A stretch of 64,000 nucleotides of DNA from Lama glama. Taxonomy: Eukaryota. The notes below the pieces were generated by a model that ran no database searches, had not been told where the DNA came from, and saw only the letters and a list, made by a program, of their open reading frames with translations. Each line of letters starts with the position of its first letter. Within the stretch, counting starts at the first letter, position 1. The stretch is taken from positions 87,856,001-87,920,000 of the forward strand of contig CM052816.1 in NCBI GenBank assembly GCA_028534125.1. Direction: 5' to 3'. Both the position numbers and the translations under genes were made by a program. This document shows positions 41,638 through 51,780 of this stretch, piece by piece.

Positions 41638-42000
41638 TGTTCAACAAATACTTCCTGAGTGTCTATTTTGCACCTAGACTTGCATTAAATATTGAGAAAG
41701 CTATCAAATAGTGGAGGTCCTTTTGTGTAAACACATATGTTGGAGTCTGGGAAGAAATCAGACGAGCCCCTGGAACAGAAACCTAGAGACTGGGAAATTA
41801 CATTCTGATAACAATTAAAATAAAGAGACCAGCTTTCATCTTTGAAATGGTGGGAAATCACTTGATATGCAGATCAAGGAGAATTTTTAATTATAAGGAA
41901 GAATTTGCATTTTATTCAATAAGCAATGGGGACTATTAAGATTTTCTTTGACCAAATGGGTGGCATGGCGATTATTAAGCTCTATAATAACTAATATGTC
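41638..42000 (-). mobile_element. L2 3' fragment
   Basis: ttcaacaaatacttcctgagtgtctattttgcacctagac is the L2 terminus in reverse complement. Further L2-like sequence near 41900-41970. Confidence 0.55.
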
Positions 42001-42289
42001 TTCAGATGCTGTTCTTAACCACTATCAATAAGACATGTTGGGAGACAGGGGTAGTAACTTCTGGAATCAAGTTTAAGATATTATTGGCCAGCTAATCTCT
42101 TTGTGAGGACTGCCATAAAATAATACCGACAGCCTGTGCTACTAGAGGGAAGGTGTGCAGTCTAAATGCTGAAATCTAGTTGAGCTGGATTGTCCAGGTA
42201 GGCATGTTAGCATCAGTCACTTAGAGCCAAAGCAGAAGAAAACACTCTGTGATAACAATATTATGCCTATGTTGTGACAAATAAAGGAG

Positions 42290-42560
42290 TCCTTACACAG
42301 CACATACCTTTTACCCAGCACACACCTTTTACCCAGCACACTGAAATACGTACAGATGGAATAATACAGCTGTATGGGATTTGCTTCAAAAGTATCCAAG
42401 AGAAATTGAGAGAACAGAGTAAGAGGATATAGAGGAAACAGATTGGCTACAAATTGCTAAATGATGCAACTGGGTGATGGGAACATGGTGCCTATCAAAA
42501 CTGTTTCCTTTACTATTTATATTTATCTGAGATTTTTGTAGAAAGTTGGAAAAATTTTCA
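42290..42560 (+). mobile_element. Ancient L1ME-type 3' end
   Basis: cacactgaaatacgtacagatggaa...tgggatttgcttcaaaa...gaaacagattggc...ctgggtgatggg. Confidence 0.7.
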
Positions 42561-43441
42561 AACTAAAGAAAATAGGGTTTTTGTCTGTTTCCATTCCAAT
42601 GCCCAACATGAGTCTCAGATTTCACCTCTCTAATACAAAGACCTTTCAGAGCTCCTTCAACGGTGAAAAGCAGATTACACAAAAGGGATTTTGCCCAATA
42701 TCAGAATATTTATATTTTTTCTGGCTAAGGCTTCTCCCTAGAAGCCACACTCTTAACACAGTAGCTGATCTGTCTCTCTGTGGGGTTGGAATCAGTTTTC
42801 TTGATTTTCATCCATTCTTGATGGAAGAAAATGGAGTGAAAATGTGAGAACAGCTAACACCACTCATCAACCGTACGGAGTTGGTACTGATTTTTTTTTT
42901 TTCTAGTTGATGCAACTGACAATGTCATTTCAAATTCATTTGTGGGAGAATCAACATCCAGTCTAAAAGAAATCATGTAACTATCTCTTTAAAATATTTA
43001 AAGCTGAATTTTATAAAAGTATCTCAATTGTAGCTCCCCCTTCCCTTTGTTTTATAGACATATATAAAAAGCAGAAAAGACTTGCAAGAGAAAAAGAGAA
43101 ATAAAACAACTTAAACATTATTCTTTTCCCTCACTTTCGTTAGCTTACAGTTCTTACAAACAAGAAATGGTGAGTTAAGCTACCTAATGTCTAATGTCAA
43201 TCCAGGAAGCAAGTTTACTTCCTCAAGATTCATCAACTTCCTTTAAAAATCTATATAGAAATAGACTTAAATTGTATTATAATTTCCTTTTTTATTAAAA
43301 ATCTTCATGTATCACATTTTCATGTCTGTATCTAATCAATAATACTATACATCAGTGTTTACAGTTTTTCACTATTATAAACAATGATGTATGCACAATA
43401 TTTTCACAATAAATATCTGTAGAGATTTTTTCAATCTCTGT

Positions 43442-43463
43442 ACACACACACACACACACACAC
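43442..43463. repeat. (CA)n microsatellite
   Basis: About 11 AC units. Confidence 0.95.
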
Positions 43464-44919
43464 TGTTTAGTCCAAACATCAAATTTGCTCCCCTGAGATA
43501 TAGTTGTAGTTTTTATGTTCATCAGCAATTCATTATTATGCTTTTCATTATTATGCTTTGTAACATTCTTGCTAAACGTGGATGGAATAATTTCATTTTA
43601 CGTGTTTAATGGGAAAATCATTTTCAGAATTCACAATATAAACAACAACGTGACATATATTTAGCCTATGTCCAAATAGACATAATCATTGCTATTAAAA
43701 ACAAAATTGTATTTGGGATTTACCTAGTGCATAGATTGTATGCTTAACTAATCATAGTGGCCAATTTTTATTGAGCCTCATTTTGTAACAGTTACCTTCT
43801 TTGTGCTGCATATCTACTAACTCATTTAATCTTATTTCTACATTTACACGGAATAATTTTATTATTTTATTCTTCTTTCTAATTTGAGGAAACTGAAACA
43901 ACTAACCCATGGATTCAGCATTGCAATTTGCTATTGTCATGTTGCTGTGTTGTCTGAATCCCAGGAAGTGAGCCACCAAAGTGCCTGCTATTTTTCCACA
44001 TTTTTTACCACAGCATCATTACTGCAAACACTTTAGTCTATACATGTGATGAACATGAAGTCGTTAAAGTGTTATTTCAGACTATCCACCAGCAGTCTAG
44101 GATATGTTAAAACTCTGTATGAATGTGGAGAGTTAAATTATTTTAATAAGCAAAACAGAGCCCGCAAGGCAGATGAAAATCACCTATTCTTTATGTTGTA
44201 GAAGTTGATGATTCACTTTGCCTAGAGTGGAAAAAAGCCAGTTGACAGGAGAGGAAACTGGACATTACAGTCAGTGTAACTGAGGGCAGAATGAAACCCA
44301 GTATTCAGAACTTAATGGAGTCACTATGAAACCTAAAGAAAAACTTCAATTTAGTAAATAACTAAGTAGCTGTAACAGGGAGATCCTTTTAGAGCCAGCC
44401 TGTAACATTATCAACTTCATGATGCTACAGGAAGTATTTCTGTCTTCAGGCCTGTCAAGTGCAATTAGGGGCTGAGAAAGCCCAGTTACTTTTCTGTAAC
44501 GTGGAGTCACCTGCTGTGGCATCACTGCGAACGTTATGCGAGGGTCAGGTTTCAATACACGTTAAAGAGAACTTAGAAACAAATGGACGCTGATATATGC
44601 GTATCAAGAAGTAATCAAGCCGTTCGCAGCAGTCATTGTCTCAAATGGAATGGCACTTTATCTCCCTGTATAAAATTTTACTGAACTATTATCTGGATAG
44701 GTATTAGGACATTAAGTTTAAAGTTGGCTTAAACTTTGATTAAATGGGAAATGCTCTCTACAATTTAAGAAACCATTAGAAATATAACGTAGGTGATTTT
44801 TATCTCATCTTCAGTATGGCTCCTTTAGAAAATAGGAAATAAGATGAAAGATATGCAGACTGTGACATTATTAGGGGTATAATGTGGCAATGACCTTTTA
44901 GTTATGGTAATGTTTATGT

Positions 44920-45640
44920 ATTTTTATAAATGTATTTAGGTATAACATGTAAATTAAGTTGCACATATTGAAAGTATAAATCAGGTGAGTTTTTGACAAA
45001 TGTATACATCTATGAAACCACCACCATAGCCAAGATACTGAACATTTTTATCATCCCTGAAGGCTTCTTGTACCTCTTCGCCATCCTTTATTTCACCCCC
45101 ATACTTCATCACTACTTTTCTGCCATCTGTCACTATGGTTTTCTTTCCATATTTTTGAATTCTACATAAGTGGAGTTATGTATTAGTTACTTGTTTGTTT
45201 CTGACTTTCCTGTAGTCAGCATAGCGACCGACCTTGGGGTTCAGTCTTGAGTGTACTCCTAGTCTGTTCTTTCTCATTGATGAGTTTGTTGTATAAACGT
45301 ACCATAGTTTATCCATTCAGCCACTGACAGGCATCTGGATTGTCTCCAGTGTTTTGCTTTTATGAATGAAGTCAATCATGGTGTACAAGTCTTTGAATGG
45401 ACATAGGCTTTCTCTTCCTTGGGCTAAAATCCTTGGCGTTGCATCATACCATAGGCATACGTTTAACGTTGTAAGAAATTACCAAATTGTGTTTCAAAGT
45501 GGTTGCACCATTTTGTATTTCGGTGACCAGTACGTGAGAATTACAGGCGTTCTGCAACATTACCGATACTTGGTATTGTTAGGGTGTTTCTCTCCTTAAT
45601 CTTAACTCTGCTAATAGGTATATGGTGTGTATGGTGGTGG
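44920..45640 (-). mobile_element. Old L1 3' end (L1MB-like)
   Basis: ttgacaaatgtatacatctatgaaaccaccacc...gaacatttttatcatccc...tttatccattcagcc...ttcaaagtggttgcaccattttgtatt. Confidence 0.85.
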
Positions 45641-46729
45641 AAAGGACTTTAAACACTTAAATAAGCAGTTACGTAGTTTCAAATGTGTATGTCATCTAAG
45701 TTAAGTTTTTTTTTTTAATTCTAGGAATTTTAGGTGAACAGCAAATTGATTCAGTACTGTTCATCACATCAGTGCTTCTCGATCTTTCTACATCCCATTA
45801 GCTTTGCATTTATTCTAGCTTCCCCCTTTCTGACTCTCCAAAAAGGGTAAATGTATCTACTCAATAAAGAAATAAAAGGCCCTTCTTTTTTTCTATTAAG
45901 CAATAATTTTCATTAGATAATATTTTGTGTATAATTATTTAGTAATTTATTTTTTAATCATGGCTAAAAATGTGTGTGGTTTGGATTTTTTATGCCTAAT
46001 TCTAGTCATCACTAATATTCAATAGCTTTAAGTGAATTTAATATTCTTAAAGTTTTCTATATTATTTATTTCGTTTGGTTGGCATTTAGTAATCATATCT
46101 AAAAGATATAAAACTATAAATTGGAGCTAACAGCAAAGGGATAAAATACCTAGTAATTTTGTGTCCTAAAAGCCATTTATTTTCTTTGAATTATGCACTA
46201 TGCTTTTTTTTTAATTTAAAATAACTGCTTCTCAAAGTGGATATGTGGCTTTAAAAATATAAAATATGTTAATATTATATATCTATTTTAAAATTATTCT
46301 CCCTAGCTTAAGTTAATTCTCAATCATTTTAACTAAACGACCTTTCATTTTTAACTGACCAGGACAAAAAAGAAGGAGACTAAGTATCCATTCAGATGCA
46401 GTAGAACAGCTATGTCCTTTCAAAGGAATGCATTATAGTTTTAAAAAATTAAAGAATATTCTTGACCTTAGCAAATATTTTCATCTATCATGTGCAATTT
46501 CAAATCAATGACTCCTGGCTGATTCTTAAAATACTTGAGCTATGAAAACAAAACTTTTTTTTCTATAATGTCATTTATAGAATAAAATAAAACTAACCAT
46601 TAAAAGCATGATGGGAGAGGGACAAACATTGTACACAACCTTTTCCTCCTCACTGCCCGATTATTTCTGGATTAAGTAGAGAGACTATCACAAATTTTTA
46701 GTCAAATAGAAAACATAATTTTCTAGCTC

Positions 46730-46880
46730 ACTGAAATATTAGAGATAATGTAGCTTAATTTCCTCATATTTTCCAATGAAATTATTAACTGGAAGCTTTT
46801 TAAATAGCTCACAGTTATAAAGCTAGTTAGTGCCAGAATTTGGACCAGAGTCCAAGCTTTCTGATATCCAGTTTAGCTTT
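46730..46880 (-). mobile_element. MIR fragment
   Basis: ctcacagttataaagctagttagtgccagaatttggaccagagtccaagctttctgatatccag. Confidence 0.5.
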
Positions 46881-47181
46881 CCTTATTTCCAGAAGTTCAT
46901 AGCATCATAAATTCATGAGTACATATGAGTAACGTTGGGCTCCAAAATGTGAAAACTTTACCTTAGATGCTGGTAAATTCGGCCTTAAAAGCCTCTGTGA
47001 CTTAAACAAAAGCAGAAATATGTGTAATGTATGAGATCCTGTTAGCATTCAGAAAAATTTTCCTGTGTCAGTACTAGCTCAGTGCTGCTGCTGAGAGACC
47101 AATTTGTTATTACACTTTTATTAGCCTGCTAGTTCATTTTGTTTGTTTTTTTTTTTTTTTTTAGTATTTGAAACAATTAAC

Positions 47182-47668
47182 ACTGATGAATGGATAAAGA
47201 AGATGTGGTACATATACACAATGGAATACTACTCTGCCATAAAAATAATGAGTATTTGCCATTTGCAACAACATAGATGGATCTGGAGGGTATTATGCTA
47301 AGTGAAATAAATAGAGAAAGACAAATACTGTATGATATCACTTATATGTGGAATCTCAAACATGCAACCAACTAGTGAATATAACAAAAAAGAAGCTGAC
47401 ACAGATATAGAGAACAAACTAGTGGTTACCAGTGGGGAGGGGAAGTGGGTAGGAAGGGATGATAAAGGGGTAGGGGCTTAGGGGTACAAACTATTATGTA
47501 TGAAATAAGCTACAAGGATATATTGAACATCATTCTCTAATATTCCTTAATATAGCCAATATTTTATAACCATTAATGGAATATAACCTTTGAAATTTGT
47601 GAATCACTTTATTGTACACCCATAACTTATATGATATTGTACCTAAGTATACTTCAATTAAAAAAAAA
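47182..47668 (+). mobile_element. L1 3' end with poly(A)
   Basis: gatgaatggataaagaagatgtggtacatatacacaatggaatactac...gagaacaaactagtggttaccagtgggg...tatacttcaattaaaaaaaaa. Confidence 0.92.
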
Positions 47669-48984
47669 GCACTAGCATTTTAATATTTCTTCTCTCCCAA
47701 TAATTAAATCATCACAAAAAGATGGAGAGGTAATATTTGAATCTGAAGTTCAAAGAGAAACAAGATGAGATTCATGTAAGAATCATAAGATCAACATCTC
47801 CACATTTGTCTTAATATAATTACAGTTAACATCAAGAGGAGTCTATGAGAAATCTGTGGAAAGATTCCTTTATGTATAAATCAAAAGCTTCCTACGAGGT
47901 CAGAGTAATTTTTCCCTCATTATATCACAGTCACAGTGCTGACTCTTCAGAGCAAACGCAAATGAAGAGTGGCCTCCATTTACATATCCATTTAACTCTG
48001 TTTTGATTACAACATGACTCTGACAAACATATTTCTCAGACATGGTGGAAAGCAGAAGCCTTGTCTGGAAAGGAAGACATTAGGTTTTCCACCAAGCATC
48101 AAAAACCAACGGGACAGTCACTTGCTCTTTATTTCCAAGGTCCCATCATAAAGATACGACTGAAATACTTATCGTAATGTATATCACAAGATTCTAATAA
48201 GAATCAAATGAGATATTAGCTGGGAAATTCTTCGACAGAGTTTAAGAGCTGAATTTGCGTTCTTATGACTTCTTTTTAGATAGAATTTTTATGAGAAGTC
48301 TTGACAAAGCGTGGTCACAACACCTCTCTGTAAAATTGTGACCGCATCTGAGAATTTCAGCAGACCATGTGGAATAGTGAGAGTCGTGTAAGGTTTAGGA
48401 AACTTCTAGATAAAGCTTGAACAAACTAGAAATGAAATGTTCAGCTCCATAGTTATTTTAAACTTTAATATTACATTACTTCTCTCAGTGAATTGATGCA
48501 TTAGAGATCATCTTAATCTTGGTCTAATACATTTTTATTAAATATTCTTGAGATAGCCATATTCTAGAGTAGGGTCATTATCCTGTTCTTAAAAAAAAAA
48601 AATACCAGCCTTCCCCCAAAAAACCCCAATAGTTACTATTTTAAGGAAGACAGTAAAGGAGTTGCAAAAGAGAAAAAAATTTGAAATTGACCAATTTGAG
48701 TTAATGAAATTATATCATTAGGAAGCTCTAGATTTAGTTTTTTCTTTTAGGCTGAAGTTTATTTTTGTTGAATTCCATTTTCTGTTCAAATATAGATAAC
48801 TATTTATGGTGGCTAAGCTGTCACAATGTAATGTTTTATCAGTCACAGAACACATTTTTAAGGATGAAAAGTGTGTTTGCAAACCATAAAAACAAGACAA
48901 TCTCCCTGTTCTTTTGGAAGCAAGTATTTTTGTTGGTTTTGAAATTTGGGAATTTCTAAGCATCAAGATTTTACAGTTAAATTG

Positions 48985-49200
48985 GCCTGAGTTTTAATTC
49001 TGGATTTGCTCTGTACTGGCTGTGTGGCAGTGGTAAATTAACGTCTCAGAACCTTAGTTTAATTGATAAATATTTTTTAAAAGATAATAATGCTTGCTTA
49101 ATATGATTATTCTAAGGATTTCACAGACAATAACTGCAGCTGAAGTTTATGCAAAGCTTCAGGCACATAGCAAGCATTGACTATATAATACCTATAATTA
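48985..49200 (+). mobile_element. MIR SINE
   Basis: cctgagttttaattctgg...tggctgtgtggc...ttaacgtctcagaaccttagttt...ggcacatagcaagcatt. Confidence 0.65.
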
Positions 49201-50251
49201 TCACTGCTGGATCCCCTCTCCAACTCCCTACAAAGTGATATTATTCTGCTTTTGTACTCATGGCTGTACTTCCACACAAAATGAATTGTTTATTCAACAT
49301 AGGTTTTCCATAGAAAATGTTTACAGTGAAAGACCCCTGGATCCTCTGAGAGCAACAAGACTCGTTCTTTTGGAAGCGTCATCCATGCAGTGTCGTGCAG
49401 TCAGGGCTCTCCAGATAGAATCTACCTACTGTGGTACAAAATTAGCTTAACTTATAGTATACCTGTTTTAGTCGGTGACAGTCCTTGCTAATGAACGGAG
49501 TTCAAGAAAACAAGCACCATCTTAAGCTTCTAATAAGTTTTAAAAAGAGGTCCCTATTTAAGACAATTAGAATAAAGCTTAGACAAATACACGAGCAGAG
49601 TGCTGTCATGGCAAAAGCAACCGAACATCAGAACCATGGACTCCATCAGACTTTTCATTGGCAAATGCTGGGTGAACAACGAGTCAGGATCCTTGTAGAA
49701 GAAATTAGCAGTTATATTTCTTGTTTACTATTCATTTCAATCTATTTATGTGCATTAACTTTGATGTAAGCAGTCTCATTTCTACTAGAACACTCGAATG
49801 CCTGTCTGTAACTGGATGGTGGGTTTCCTGCTTAATGGTGGGTTTCCTGCTTAAGATGGGCGGGGGGAAGTTACTCTCCCTCTCTGAATCCTTTGGACTG
49901 GATTTCTTTGCTTTCAGCTCTCACCCTCCACCAGCGGAGGGAGCAAGAGCGCTCCTCTGCGTGGGACACAGGCTCAGCTTTTCTGGGGCTTTTCTCCCTG
50001 GTCCATCTCTGTTTTAAATTCAGTTGTCTGCCCTGTTACAACAACTCAGTTACACTGAAGTTTTATTTTGTCTAAGAAGTTCCATCATCAGAAAGCTTGT
50101 AGTTTAATGAAATACCTTTTTTAAAAAAAATCTTTACTTGGGAATATATATGGCAAACAAATTTTCCATTATGTATGTTTTGTGCATCCCTTTATTGAAA
50201 TTTGGGATTTTTCTAAAACACATGTAAATATCACAATGCAAATGTAGCCTA

Positions 50252-50282
<31 letters not shown>

Positions 50283-50311
50283 GTCTCTCTCTCTCTCACA
50301 CACACATGCAC
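50252..50311. repeat. Compound (CT)n(CA)n microsatellite
   Basis: Read directly. Lies ~0.75 kb upstream of the CpG island edge. Confidence 0.9.
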
Positions 50312-51044
50312 ATCAAGGGAACGCCATATGGCCCAAGTGAGACCTACTTGGAAAAATAAAAATGCTGAACACGTCACACAGTAGCATTGCGAGAGGACAT
50401 TCGTCAGTTTTCTCCCTGGCAATCAGAATTTTCTCACTCTCAAGACATGCAAATGACTTTTTTCATCTGTTCTTTTTATGTTATTGGAATACTTTTCTCC
50501 TATAGAAGTGACAACTGTCAAAACTTAACCATTTGGGGCTTTGACATTTAGTTTACGTGACCTTTCTGAGAAAATTAGATCTCTCGGAGGCAGTGGTAAC
50601 TTTTAATGTCGGAGATGTTGGAGAGCTTCTCAGGTGGTCAATGGATGTGTATCAGCAGTCATGTGACTACATTTAATATGTATTTGTTTGACATTTGGAT
50701 CTTCTCATACTTTTACTGTTTTTGTTTTAGAAAATCAGCGTTTCAATACTACTAGAAGAGATGATTGAGTTAGGTAAAATGATGTATTTTCCTGTGCTCC
50801 TCAGGTTAATAGTATAATGCAAACGTTTTTGCAAGTGCAATGCTAATTTAAAATGCTGTTTGAAAAACTACACAAACAAGGCTGTGTTCTCCATGTCTTG
50901 GACTGAGTGCTCGTGTCTGTAAGAAACTGCCAAATACTCTTATTTAGTATGACTACTTCCTTTTCTTTTTTAATAAATCAGAGTTGCCCTCTGGAGGGCT
51001 GTGATACACCTTTAAAAACATTTTACTTAGACAAAGGTTGAAGT

Positions 51045-51780
51045 GTGCACCGGGCTGGGGGCAAAGACATGCACAGCCATCTCTTTCATCACATCGCTTT
51101 GAACATTTTTCAGCTTCCGTCTCGTCTTACAAATCAGCCCTATCGGTCGATTAATTGTTTCACTGTACCTGATCCCGAACACGAATGCACCTGGCAGAAC
51201 AGCAGGAGAAAGCGCGTTTGTCTAAGTCCTCCCGTGGCTTAAACGCTGGTGTCTGATCTCCTTGCAAATTGCAGTCTAGTTGTAGTTCATCCGTTAGGCT
51301 GGAAAAGACACGATTCCCAAGTGGCCTCGGGGCCTTTCCCAGTCCCCGGGAGACCCCCCGACCCTCGGTGTGCGCTGCCTGCACGCGGGGAGTGTTCCCT
51401 GCTAATCAGGTCAATCATCACCGCCGGCTCCGGGGACCCGCCGGGAGCCTATCGCAGCGGTTAGGGACGCAGACGCAGCGCGCTCGCCGAGCATCTCCCG
51501 TTAGGAAACATCGCTTAGTCCTCATTTACTCAAGGGAACCTCTGAGGATTTCAGCTTCTCTTTTTTGTTCTCTTAGGCAGTGAGGGGCTCAACATAAGCA
51601 GCAAAGAGCAGCCCAGCCTGCAGCTCCTGGGAGGGTGCTGATTGAAAACTTCGCTCTCCCCACCCCGTTCACGGTTGATCTGACTGATTTCTCACCTCCT
51701 TCGCAGTGAATATTTCAATTAAGGTAAGTGCCGCTCGAGCTGAGTGACTGCAATCGCGCTGCATTTCTGCATGGAAAGTT
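51045..51780. promoter_or_regulatory. CpG-island-like promoter
   Basis: The only extended GC- and CpG-dense, repeat-free segment in the window, with its core at ~51310-51520 (cccgccgggagcc, gcagacgcagcgcgctcgccg). No obvious TATA box. Followed by a consensus splice donor. Confidence 0.85.
51577..51723 (+). other. Putative non-coding (5'-UTR) exon; 5' end may extend upstream to a TSS in the island
   Basis: Ends in AAG|GTAAGT (intron from 51724), a perfect U1 match. Preceded by the acceptor-like cttctcttttttgttctcttAG (51576). No ATG seen in the exon. Gene not recognised. Confidence 0.65.

Noticed and set aside
51424..51450. GC-rich hairpin ggctccgg...ccgggagcc
   Set aside because: Short stems are expected by chance in a CpG island.
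51045..51583. ORFs of 65-104 aa across the CpG island
   Set aside because: Mostly GTG/TTG starts with no recognisable homology. Stop-poor frames are expected in GC-rich DNA.
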